From Pseudomonas phage phiKZ, in sequence record NC_004629.1: a DNA stretch of 32,000 nucleotides; one strand, written 5' to 3'. The notes beneath the pieces are model-generated. The model saw only the letters and a program-made list of their open reading frames with translations, was not told the DNA's origin and did no database searches. Made by a program: the position numbers and the translations under genes. Shown in pieces: positions 8,438 to 25,241 of the stretch (position 1 is its first letter; every line of letters starts with the position of its first letter).

Positions 8438-8917
8438 ATGTCGTATAGCTTAGGTATTGTCACTCGCAATAAGTCGGCACTGATTGTTACCAGTGATTAC
8501 AAATATGATGAGTTCGTTCTACTAAAACCGACCAATGGTCTCAAGGTAGAAGGCCAGTTGGTGCAATTGGTCTGTATCTGTTTCGGTGACAAGGAAAAAC
8601 GTTCTCTGACTCACGAGATAATGGCCAATGCTGAACAAGCAGATTACACCAAGGACGATATCCTGACTATTATGAAGGAACACGGTGTAGAACTGCGAGT
8701 GATCACTGATAAGGCAGTTCATGTATTTCAATACATTCGCGACGTGGCTATCCATGGTGTGGTTGATTCCAATAACACCACCTTCTGGTTCGGCGACACA
8801 GAACACCGAAAATTGTTTTATCCGTACTGCGGTATTGAGGGTAAATCTTTTCATCATGCCCTCCGTGATAAAGAATTGTGTCGGGTATTTGAGTTTGTCA
8901 CTGTAATCAATTGGTAA
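8438..8917 (+). CDS. hypothetical protein (159 aa)
   Basis: ORF with AAGGAAA upstream; followed by TAAcgatataa and a terminator. Confidence 0.8.
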   Translation: MSYSLGIVTRNKSALIVTSDYKYDEFVLLKPTNGLKVEGQLVQLVCICFGDKEKRSLTHEIMANAEQADYTKDDILTIMKEHGVELRVITDKAVHVFQYIRDVAIHGVVDSNNTTFWFGDTEHRKLFYPYCGIEGKSFHHALRDKELCRVFEFVTVINW

Positions 8918-8926
8918 CGATATAAA

Positions 8927-8955
8927 TACCCTCCTTCGGGAGGGTTTTTTATTTT
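8927..8955 (+). terminator. Rho-independent terminator
   Basis: taCCCTCC-TTC-GGGAGGGttttttatttt. Confidence 0.9.
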
Positions 8956-8974
8956 GTGATTAGAGGAATAAAAA

Positions 8975-9118
8975 ATGGCAGGTTATCGTATTATTGCTTT
9001 TAATGGTACTCAGTGGGAATCTCCGAGTGGGTACACCATTCAGCAAGCGGTGAATGAGTTCCTAAAGAAATATGATTTACATGAATTAGATATTCGCAGT
9101 ATTACTGCATTACACTAA
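8975..9118 (+). CDS. hypothetical small protein (47 aa), not in ORF track
   Basis: Manual translation MAGYRIIAFNGTQWESPSGYTIQQAVNEFLKKYDLHELDIRSITALH*; AGAGGAAT upstream. Confidence 0.65.
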   Translation: MAGYRIIAFNGTQWESPSGYTIQQAVNEFLKKYDLHELDIRSITALH

Positions 9119-9146
9119 ATCCAATTTTAAATAGGAATACGTATTA

Positions 9147-9539
9147 ATGAATTATAATGCAGAGAAATATACCGCACTGCTAGTTTCAATTGCAGCAAAC
9201 ATTGACACTGTAAATAAACTCACCAAAGAGATTTTATCGTCTTCTGATAATAGGGATTTTCTCTATGATGTGCATCAAATGACTGACATGTCCCTCGCCA
9301 GTCTTCATACGCATCTAACTAAAGAAGTCGAAAAGTTGGTGGAAACAATGGATCTAGTTAAAGATGGCCTATATGTCCAGGATGTTGAACTCATTAAGGG
9401 TAAGGGAAACTGGCGACATATCGCGGATAATGAACCTACCATCAACGCTATTAAAGCACTGCGTAAACACATTGGCGAAATCAGTGCATTAGAAGCTAGA
9501 ACTGTTGTTAAAGGTTACAAGGCAGGCGTCTTAAAATAA
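9147..9539 (+). CDS. hypothetical protein (130 aa)
   Basis: ORF track; helical-looking sequence. Confidence 0.7.
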   Translation: MNYNAEKYTALLVSIAANIDTVNKLTKEILSSSDNRDFLYDVHQMTDMSLASLHTHLTKEVEKLVETMDLVKDGLYVQDVELIKGKGNWRHIADNEPTINAIKALRKHIGEISALEARTVVKGYKAGVLK

Positions 9540-9549
9540 CATCGAATAG

Positions 9550-9583
9550 TATTAAGTCTACCTCCTAGAAGATAGACTTAATA
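9550..9583 (+). other. perfect 11-bp inverted repeat in a 5' leader
   Basis: TATTAAGTCTA-cctcctagaaga-TAGACTTAATA immediately upstream of the RBS of the 9602 ORF. Confidence 0.6.
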
Positions 9584-9601
9584 AATCATGAGGAAAATAT
9601 A

Positions 9602-9931
9602 ATGTCCAATATGAAAAAATCTAGTTTGAAAGAATTCTTCGAACATATCACTCAGGCTGATCCATTTAATCCTTATTCCTTCATCTACTCCAGACCTATG
9701 CAATACGCTGGTGAAGATAGCGAGTACGCACTACATGTTACGTATGTGCATGGTGCAGCTTACATTGAAGGTCTTGTTGGCCATGAAGGAATCAGAATCA
9801 ATGTATTCTACAATAAACTCCAAGGTATTCAACTTTGGACATACTTTGATAACGAACCTCGTGTTGATTCATGGCCGTATTATCAAGTTGATGCAGCTTT
9901 AGAAGAAATCATCCGCCTGACTAAACTATAA
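9602..9931 (+). CDS. hypothetical protein (109 aa)
   Basis: ORF with ATGAGGAAAA upstream. Confidence 0.75.
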   Translation: MSNMKKSSLKEFFEHITQADPFNPYSFIYSRPMQYAGEDSEYALHVTYVHGAAYIEGLVGHEGIRINVFYNKLQGIQLWTYFDNEPRVDSWPYYQVDAALEEIIRLTKL

Positions 9932-9950
9932 ACTCTATTTATAAAAATAG

Positions 9951-10169
9951 GTGAAGAAAATGATCTATCTAGGATGGTTTACCATTATCTTTGTTACAAT
10001 GAGTCTGTGTCTGTTTTATGTATTTTGTCACCGTAGTATTCGTGAATCACACCCAGGTGTAATAGAAAAACAGACTACTCGAAAAATTGTTATTTGGGCT
10101 GGTATTCTATTGGCACTCGCTTACTTAAATGAAATCAGCCGAGTTTATATAGAGCAGATGGTAACCTAA
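9951..10169 (+). CDS. small integral membrane protein, two predicted TM segments (72 aa)
   Basis: MKKMIYLGWFTIIFVTMSLCLFYVFC... and ...KIVIWAGILLALAYLNEI. Confidence 0.65.
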   Translation: MKKMIYLGWFTIIFVTMSLCLFYVFCHRSIRESHPGVIEKQTTRKIVIWAGILLALAYLNEISRVYIEQMVT

Positions 10170-10226
10170 ATATTCAATAACTCCGAAATAATCAAAACTA
10201 TTTAATATATCAAAAGGAAACTTTCA

Positions 10227-10597
10227 ATGTTCGAAACTCAAGGCGTTCTTACTGATGAACTCTGACAAGCTACGAGGGATACTGACTGACCTCGGTATAC
10301 TCCCACCTCGCTTTGTTGAGAGCACCGATATCCGTGTCGGCAACTTCCGATTTCAGCGCTGGAAAACCCAGGTCCTCAAACCTGCTGCTCCTGGTTATCG
10401 GAAGTGGATTGACGTGGGTAGGTTAGAATGGGTGGAGGTTAAATACCACCTCAACAAATTACTTAAAGAGAATAATCTCAATATCCAAGAAGAAAGTAAT
10501 CGGTCTGGATAACCTCCGGAAGCTCCTGTCAGATCAACTCAACCCGCCACGTCAGTTAACAGACGCTGTACGCGAGAAAAATCTTCACAGCAAGTAA
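10227..10597 (+). CDS. putative small gene read in three successive frames (two +1 shifts); the ORF track reports only 10255-10512
   Basis: Good RBS (AAAAGGAAactttcaATG) at 10227 but TGA at 10263; frame +1 continues to TAA at 10510; next +1 frame continues to TAA at 10595, which has the same TAAcgatataa-terminator context as the gene ending at 8917. Confidence 0.5.
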
Positions 10598-10605
10598 CGA
10601 TATAA

Positions 10606-10628
10606 GGCCCCTCCCTTCGGGTAGGGGT
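10606..10628 (+). terminator. Rho-independent-like terminator
   Basis: GGCCCCTCCC-TTC-GGGtAGGGGTTG. Confidence 0.6.
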
Positions 10629-10658
10629 TGTCTATTCATTTCTTAACAGGAAATTCTA

Positions 10659-10994
10659 ATGGAAGACTTCAAAGAAATCGAGATTTACAGTATGACGTTC
10701 ATCGACCATTCGGAAAATGCTTCTCGTGTAGTGATTGCACAGATCACTACTCTGGATGATCGTACTGTTTACGGGGTAATGGAGGTCAATGGTTTCGGCG
10801 GTCAGGCCACTACTAATCTGCGTCGGTTCGAACAGAACCGTCAACACGCTCGTTACTTCTTCACCAAGTCGGTAGCCACTGCTCACGCCGAGGCTTACGT
10901 CAAGTACCTGAATGACGACATGGTCGAACAAGACTACCTCGATATGAATACCGGCTACAACTACACCGAATTTATGAACATGGTAAATATCTGA
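10659..10994 (+). CDS. hypothetical protein (111 aa)
   Basis: ORF with ACAGGAAA upstream. Confidence 0.75.
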   Translation: MEDFKEIEIYSMTFIDHSENASRVVIAQITTLDDRTVYGVMEVNGFGGQATTNLRRFEQNRQHARYFFTKSVATAHAEAYVKYLNDDMVEQDYLDMNTGYNYTEFMNMVNI

Positions 10995-11001
10995 GGTCAT
11001 C

Positions 11002-11565
11002 ATGGACAAAAAATTGAAGGAATTCCAAGCAGTGACCCCTGGTGTTGATCGTTTCGTTTACTGTGAGAAGACTGACACCTGGCTTCCGAAGGCTACTCGT
11101 CCTCTGGATTGTCACCGTAATAAAAACGCGATAACAGCATTCGATAAAGCCAACGAAGAAATTCAAGAACGTTGGTTCTACTGGTGCATTGCATGGGAGA
11201 AAGCCTCTGTTCGACCTACCATGGAAACCGAACTCTGGAAGAACCCGTTCATCTCCGCAGAAGAGCGACTGGAGATTGCAGAAGGCGCCATTGCATTCCG
11301 CAACGAAGTAATCAGAAATCTTCAGGGTCGTTTGGTTTCACCGACTATCGCTGAGTTCGAACTTAACAAAGAAATGGTGGAAGCTATTCTGGATAGCGAA
11401 TACATCGTAAAAGATTTCGACCGGAACTCTGAAAATGGAGAAGTCGAACTGCGTTACCAAATATCCAATAACTTCCATACCCGAGAACTGGCACGTGATA
11501 CTGTTCACCGTATCATCAATGCTCTCAAACAACTGACTCCGGTACGAAGTAAAAGGGTGGGATGA
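11002..11565 (+). CDS. hypothetical protein (187 aa)
   Basis: ORF with TGAGG upstream. Confidence 0.8.
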   Translation: MDKKLKEFQAVTPGVDRFVYCEKTDTWLPKATRPLDCHRNKNAITAFDKANEEIQERWFYWCIAWEKASVRPTMETELWKNPFISAEERLEIAEGAIAFRNEVIRNLQGRLVSPTIAEFELNKEMVEAILDSEYIVKDFDRNSENGEVELRYQISNNFHTRELARDTVHRIINALKQLTPVRSKRVG

Positions 11566-11568
11566 ATA

Positions 11569-11985
11569 ATGGCGATGCAACATAAAAAGGATGCTGAACT
11601 TTACACCCACAAAGAGGATGGTGGGATTTACTATTACCATGGCTTGGCTCATGGTACTGGTGACCAACGCGGGGAACTGTTGCACATCTACAGTGATTAC
11701 TTCACTGACATGATGTACTACCGTAACCACACCTGGTCAACTCGGATGGAACGTGTTTCTGCTCCAGGTCTTCGCCTGAGCCGTTCCTTGCACCCGCACC
11801 TCTGGATCACCACTCTGATCGGTTTGATTGTCATTATCATTACTCGGGTTGTTTTCGGCACCGAGTTCAATGCAATCACACCCCAAGAGATCGTCGGTAC
11901 GGCCATTGCAGGTGTACTGGCTTTAGGTGTTCCGAGTTTCATCCTGCACCAACTGTACAAATGGAAGTACAAAAAAGCCTACTAA
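11569..11985 (+). CDS. hypothetical membrane protein, two predicted TM segments (138 aa)
   Basis: ORF; LWITTLIGLIVIIITRVVFG and IVGTAIAGVLALGVPSFILHQL hydrophobic segments. Confidence 0.75.
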   Translation: MAMQHKKDAELYTHKEDGGIYYYHGLAHGTGDQRGELLHIYSDYFTDMMYYRNHTWSTRMERVSAPGLRLSRSLHPHLWITTLIGLIVIIITRVVFGTEFNAITPQEIVGTAIAGVLALGVPSFILHQLYKWKYKKAY

Positions 11986-12009
11986 AAAGAAGGTCGAGAC
12001 AACATAAAA

Positions 12010-12241
12010 GGAATTCCCCATTGGCCGCTAAACCAATGGGGTTCCAAACAGTGCATTCGCGACTACACTGTCAGTAGGTGTCATCCAAGAGAACTGCGGA
12101 TTAGCTACTTACCCCTCGTGGGCATTTTCGCTAGCAGTATTATAACAATACCGTAAGTTCTGAAAAAGATTAGCCCTCCTGGTGCAACAGGAGGGCTATA
12201 TGTCGTCAAGTTTAAGCTTGACATTTTCGCCCAAAATGGGC
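12010..12241 (+). ncRNA. candidate structured noncoding region (unnamed)
   Basis: No credible ORF; successive inverted repeats: CCCCATTGG/CCAATGGGG (12016-12041), ACAGTG/CACTGT (12048-12071), AGCCCTCCTG/CAGGAGGGCT (12172-12197), TCAAG/CTTGA, GCCCA/TGGGC then TTTCTT (12229-12247). Confidence 0.4.
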
Positions 12242-12263
12242 TTTCTTGCAGAGGAGACTTCGA

Positions 12264-12530
12264 ATGAAAGTCTTTGAAACAAGTTCCAGACCTGATCCAA
12301 TTTATGGATACATGGCTGGTTTAGAAGTAACAGCATTCAATGGTAAGCCACTAGTCTACGGACGAAATGAGCTAATCAAAATTGCTGTATATGATAATAA
12401 AACTTTCCTAGGTTACATTGGCAATGGTCAGCTTGTAAACAAGATTTCTGATGCTAAATGGATTGACGGATCGTCTAACTATCATATTAATTCTAACTCC
12501 AGTAATCTTTTGTTCGCTAGAGTTGCTTAA
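12264..12530 (+). CDS. hypothetical protein (88 aa)
   Basis: In-frame ATG at 12264 has AGAGGAG upstream; preferred over the 12246 TTG start. Confidence 0.75.
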   Translation: MKVFETSSRPDPIYGYMAGLEVTAFNGKPLVYGRNELIKIAVYDNKTFLGYIGNGQLVNKISDAKWIDGSSNYHINSNSSNLLFARVA

Positions 12531-12537
12531 CTTCAAA

Positions 12538-12575
12538 TACCCTCTTCATTGCGAAGAGGGTAACGTATTATTATT
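12538..12575 (+). terminator. terminator between convergent genes (possibly bidirectional)
   Basis: TACCCTCTTC-attgc-GAAGAGGGTA followed by an AT-rich/T-rich tract. Confidence 0.75.
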
Positions 12576-12583
12576 TTTTTTGT

Positions 12584-14737
12584 TTAATACCAACTATTTC
12601 TAGAATATCTGTTAATACGCACTCTACGTGTACGCTCTGCACGAGCTTGATTTAACATGGCATCAATACCTACACCACTGCTATCATCAATATTAACACG
12701 TTTAGACAATTGTTTCAAACGCATTTCTAATTTAGCTGCAATCATCGGGTTCTTTTCACCGCGAAGCTGCTCAATTATCTCTTCAAATTCTTTGCGACCT
12801 TGCTGTTCTTTCTCTTCATGATATTTTTCAAGTTGACTTGGTTCTTTATCACGTAATTTTGATTTACCTAAGATGGGAACATTGATACCATAATAAGATA
12901 AATTCTTACCTTGTATTAATAACCAATGGGCTAATAATAATGATACCACTAAGTCATCATGGTTCCCCTTAGCATGGTCAATTCTACCATTACGGATAGT
13001 AAGTGCTAATAACTCCGTGCTAAGTGGTTTATCATAGATGGTCCTTACCCCATAATGCATTGCTGATGGTAATGCCACCTTAAATAGATTATCACGAGAA
13101 TACTCGCCAGTACCTGACGTTGCATAGCCAAAATAACGTTTAAACCTATCATAGAACGATGGTTGTCTTGCTGATAACGGAGTTTGAATGTCTCTGAAAT
13201 CATTTTCTCTTTCTGATGATTCATTGACAATTCTGTTAAAGATACGCCGGAATGGATCTACTCCTTTAGTATGTAGAATCAAGATAACATGGTCAATTAA
13301 CGATATACCTATTGATTTACGTTCTGGTATCCAAAGAATATTAGGATATCTCAATAGCATTGTTGCAAAGAAATTACCCATTGATGGCACTGATGATTCA
13401 TTGTATCTACCAACACACATAACCTCATGTGTTTCTACATCAACTACAACTGTGCCGGTGGCGTCATTATCTTCACCAAGAAGTTCAGATGGGTCGGTAC
13501 CCATAACGAACCTACCCTTCATCATCCGTGAGGCTACTTCTTCTTTTGGTATATACCAACGAAGTGTGTAACCATCATCCGTGATTTCTGTCCAGCTTGG
13601 CTCACGCATATTGTTTTTAAGTTTATCTTTCTCATCTGATGATAAGGGTGAACCTTCACCACCAACTGTCCAGATATTGAAGAAGTCCCTATCGGCAATT
13701 TCACCGAATGAACCTGATTCACGAAGTGTGTTATATAACCACTCATCGGTACGTCCTAATTGACGGTGGTTAAATGCACCATAAACTAGAGGTTTCTTTC
13801 CAGTAGTGCCTTTTTCTACAACACGATGTAGAGTTTTCTGATCTGGTAGATCAAAGAATTCCTCTGACCATGGGCAGCCACCTGTTAAGAAGTGATATGC
13901 AAATTCACCATCACGGGTAGTGATGTTACCAGCTGTAGTTGTATAGATGTTACCATAAGGCTGGTTCTCACGGCGAGCTTCATCACGAGCTGCTGAACCT
14001 GATGCAAGTGCAACAGGTAGTGAAACACCAATTAAGTTAATATATGCAAGTTCGTCAAAGTGCATATTTGGTACTGTAAGACCACGACCTAATTTATCAG
14101 CTGCGTTAACATCATTTCGACCAACAGCTGTTAGATACCTATTACCTAATCTAATACATGTCATCAATTCGGAGTTATCCGCATCTAATGGATCAGTATA
14201 GTGGATATACTCTGGTAACAAATCACGCATTACTTTTAGACGCTCGATGTTAGCATTGCGTAGTTTGTTATCTTTAGTAATAAGGTTAATCTTAGTGTTC
14301 TCACCCCAGATATACATCATGCCTGTATTGAGCACGTCAGTTGATACGGACTTACCTGTCTGACGAGGCTGTAATAAACCAAAATCTACGTGATTGAAAT
14401 AACACCAGAATAAAGCAATATTACCACGGTTAGCTTGGAATGGAATTGGATTATTACCCGAGTTAGGGGGGATTCTTGCCACTTCCCTAAAAAAATACCA
14501 AGGATTATATTTGCATTCCATGTTAATACGAAACTTCATTTCTTCGCTAAGATTAGGGTCATATGGATCCACCCCAATTAAACCTTGGTCCAATATAGCT
14601 AGTATAAATTTGTAATTTTTAATACCCATCTTTTTATAAGTCAATGCTAACTTTATAAAAGATTTATTTTTAGTAGTAAGATCAACACTAGCGCTGTAGT
14701 ATTTATCCCAATCACTATTGAAAAGTATAACGTCCAT
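12584..14737 (-). CDS. terL: terminase large subunit (717 aa), phiKZ gp25-like
   Basis: Walker A-like LLQPRQTGKS, Walker B-like NMHFDELAYI, nuclease-domain-like VMGTDPSELLGEDNDATGTVVVD and DHAKGNHDDLVVSLLLAHWL near the C-terminus. Confidence 0.93.
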   Translation of the reverse strand: MDVILFNSDWDKYYSASVDLTTKNKSFIKLALTYKKMGIKNYKFILAILDQGLIGVDPYDPNLSEEMKFRINMECKYNPWYFFREVARIPPNSGNNPIPFQANRGNIALFWCYFNHVDFGLLQPRQTGKSVSTDVLNTGMMYIWGENTKINLITKDNKLRNANIERLKVMRDLLPEYIHYTDPLDADNSELMTCIRLGNRYLTAVGRNDVNAADKLGRGLTVPNMHFDELAYINLIGVSLPVALASGSAARDEARRENQPYGNIYTTTAGNITTRDGEFAYHFLTGGCPWSEEFFDLPDQKTLHRVVEKGTTGKKPLVYGAFNHRQLGRTDEWLYNTLRESGSFGEIADRDFFNIWTVGGEGSPLSSDEKDKLKNNMREPSWTEITDDGYTLRWYIPKEEVASRMMKGRFVMGTDPSELLGEDNDATGTVVVDVETHEVMCVGRYNESSVPSMGNFFATMLLRYPNILWIPERKSIGISLIDHVILILHTKGVDPFRRIFNRIVNESSERENDFRDIQTPLSARQPSFYDRFKRYFGYATSGTGEYSRDNLFKVALPSAMHYGVRTIYDKPLSTELLALTIRNGRIDHAKGNHDDLVVSLLLAHWLLIQGKNLSYYGINVPILGKSKLRDKEPSQLEKYHEEKEQQGRKEFEEIIEQLRGEKNPMIAAKLEMRLKQLSKRVNIDDSSGVGIDAMLNQARAERTRRVRINRYSRNSWY

Positions 14738-14840
14738 ACACTGCCCTTTAAGGTACTTATTTTAATGTGCCATAATAAAGCCGTATTGAACGGCAATTGT
14801 AAAGTATAGTCTCATATGGATAATGTGTTAAAAGACGTTA

Positions 14841-14875
14841 TAAAGCCCCCTAGGAACCACCTAGGGGGCTTTATA
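14841..14875 (-). terminator. terminator downstream of the minus-strand 552 aa gene
   Basis: Perfect TAAAGCCCCCTAGG-aacca-CCTAGGGGGCTTTA inverted repeat. Confidence 0.85.
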
Positions 14876-14876
14876 T

Positions 14877-20207
<5,331 letters not shown>

Positions 20208-20284
20208 TACCGCTACTCCTTAAATGGATAGTAAAAAATAACTAGTATGGTCAACTATGATTAATATCTATGATTGACTGTTAG

Positions 20285-22423
<2,139 letters not shown>

Positions 22424-22451
22424 GTGGGTGGCTTTCAGAATGAGGAAAAGT

Positions 22452-23335
<884 letters not shown>

Positions 23336-23336
<1 letters not shown>

Positions 23337-23518
23337 TGGCAAAAGTATATCCGATGGTCCCACCTGGGAAGACTCGCAACCAAGATCAGAACTTTGATAT
23401 CAATGCATTCTTTTCTCCCGATGTAGTTGCGGCTGGCAATGGTCTGGTTAGTCAACTTCGGCGAAATGCTCAAACTGAAAAGAATGAGCAGACTGTCGGT
23501 ACTAACCAAAAAAGCTAA
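23336..23518 (+). CDS. hypothetical small protein (60 aa)
   Basis: ORF starting at the stop codon of the tube gene (CTAATGG overlap). Confidence 0.7.
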
Positions 23519-23523
23519 AGCAT

Positions 23524-23550
23524 ATCGCCTCCCTTCGGGGAGGCTTTATG
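23524..23550 (+). terminator. Rho-independent-like terminator
   Basis: catatcGCCTCCC-TTCG-GGGAGGCtttatg; very similar context at 29343-29370. Confidence 0.8.
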
Positions 23551-23574
23551 TTGTTAAAAACTATGCTAAAAAAT

Positions 23575-23600
23575 AATTAAGATATATATTACATGTTTGC
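23575..23600 (+). promoter_or_regulatory. putative early-type promoter, TATATTAC at 23585-23592
   Basis: aattaagataTATATTACatg downstream of the terminator and upstream of the 23646 ORF. Confidence 0.5.
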
Positions 23601-23645
23601 TTATTCAATAAGTAAAACTAGATTGTAAATTTTAGAGAGGTTAAA

Positions 23646-24842
23646 ATGAAAATTAATGAACTTACAAATACTGATTTATTATTAGAAAACCACACTATTA
23701 ATAAAATTGATTGTTTACTAGGATTACTTTATAAACATAACTTCGATAAAGAATTTACATCTAAAATTAATTTTGGTATTCTAACGCAAATGACATATCA
23801 GAAGGATGATGTCAGTTTCGTAGTGAAGCCTAGCTTTGAACAAGGTTTTATTAATATCACTTTTAGTAATGATACATCATGGAATGTTAATTTTGCACTC
23901 ATCGATGGTAAACCTAAATACATTGGTTATACTGATCAAGAAGTGACAATTGAAGAGCCGCATAGCAGGGAATATTACACTCTAACAAGTGAGAGTATTC
24001 GGCAATTAACAATTCAAGTATTAATTAATACATGGTATCAAGTAAATAATATTCCAAGCGAAGTATACGAGTATCAACATCACTGGAAACTGGATAAAAA
24101 TATTCTTAACGATGATGATATTATTCGATACTATTATCGTTTCATTTTAGCTACCTATTGGGGAATGCCAACACCTGATAGACAAGCTACATTTGAAAAG
24201 TGGTTAGAAAATGACATTGCAAATGGGGAAGGTGATGACACAACTAATAGTCATTTAAAATGGCTATTCAAACAGGATCATTCTAATATTACTGAAACAA
24301 CTAATGTTAGAGATGAAATTAATGCATGTAGCATCCACCACATTTATCCGTCAGGCAATATTACGTGTGTTTTAACTGATAATAAGAAACCCACACGTTG
24401 GCGAGAATATGTAATGCATGCCTTCTATAAAACCATTGGGTATACTTGGGTTAATCCAATTGAACTATATTGGCATAAAGGTACTTCTGTGGAGTATGTT
24501 AGTTTAGAAACGGTTAATGCCAACCTTTTACTAGCTGCAAATATTTTCACTGTATACAGTAATTGGAATATTACGGAAAATAGCCATACTTCAGATAACT
24601 CTGTATCTATCCCAGCTATTAACCTATTTTGCATCAATAGTGAAAATAGTCAATATGCAGTATCCTTTAAGAATAAAAATAATAACTCTTATGAATTATT
24701 TGATTCATTATCCTTAAGTGGAAATCAAATAATTTCATACACTGAAACCGCTATTGAGAAATCTAATTGTTCTGGTCCATTGAAATTTGTAAGTGATCAC
24801 GTTATCAAGTTTATTTGTAAGGAACTAACAACGTGTCGATGA
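23646..24842 (+). CDS. hypothetical protein (398 aa)
   Basis: Long ORF with AGAGAGG upstream of ATG. Confidence 0.85.
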   Translation: MKINELTNTDLLLENHTINKIDCLLGLLYKHNFDKEFTSKINFGILTQMTYQKDDVSFVVKPSFEQGFINITFSNDTSWNVNFALIDGKPKYIGYTDQEVTIEEPHSREYYTLTSESIRQLTIQVLINTWYQVNNIPSEVYEYQHHWKLDKNILNDDDIIRYYYRFILATYWGMPTPDRQATFEKWLENDIANGEGDDTTNSHLKWLFKQDHSNITETTNVRDEINACSIHHIYPSGNITCVLTDNKKPTRWREYVMHAFYKTIGYTWVNPIELYWHKGTSVEYVSLETVNANLLLAANIFTVYSNWNITENSHTSDNSVSIPAINLFCINSENSQYAVSFKNKNNNSYELFDSLSLSGNQIISYTETAIEKSNCSGPLKFVSDHVIKFICKELTTCR

Positions 24843-25195
24843 AGAATGAAATTGATAGTTTAACTAAAATTATTAATGATTTATTAAAAGAGCACTTTAC
24901 TAATCGTAAAGAATTTATTACGAAGATTGGTAATAAACGTATAGTCGTTCCGGGTGCTCTAGTTTTCTTCAAAAAGTTACGTGGAGAAATTACGGCTAAG
25001 GTTTATGCAAAGCGTAAAGTAGATGGTGGCTATCATGAGCCAGCTATTAGCACTGTATGCGTTAGTAATACAAATGTATCATGGGGTGGATTCAGTGGTA
25101 CCCCGCGTAAGGAAATTAAAGATAGTTTAACTATTTTTACTTATGTGGCTATTTACGATGCTCTGAAAAATTTATGTAATGATCAATCTAGCTAA
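24833..25195 (+). CDS. hypothetical protein (120 aa)
   Basis: ORF overlapping previous stop; GTG 24833 (AAGGA 8 nt upstream) or ATG 24839 (ATGA overlap). Confidence 0.75.
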   Translation: MSMKNEIDSLTKIINDLLKEHFTNRKEFITKIGNKRIVVPGALVFFKKLRGEITAKVYAKRKVDGGYHEPAISTVCVSNTNVSWGGFSGTPRKEIKDSLTIFTYVAIYDALKNLCNDQSS

Positions 25196-25213
25196 TGTTA
25201 CTTAACAGCATAA

Positions 25214-25240
25214 GCCCTCCCATTGCGGGAGGGCATTATG
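25214..25240 (+). terminator. terminator between convergent genes
   Basis: GCCCTCCC-attgc-GGGAGGGC. Confidence 0.75.
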
Positions 25241-25241
25241 T

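Noticed and set aside
12010-12130. Possible tRNA in the GC-richer noncoding gap (ggggttccaaac, clover-like hairpins)
   Set aside because: No acceptor stem/CCA arrangement, no GTTCRANYC T-loop and no consistent anticodon arm found by eye; kept only as a generic ncRNA candidate.
12584-14737. Intron or homing endonuclease insertion in terL
   Set aside because: The reading frame is continuous with motifs in the expected order and no interruption was seen.
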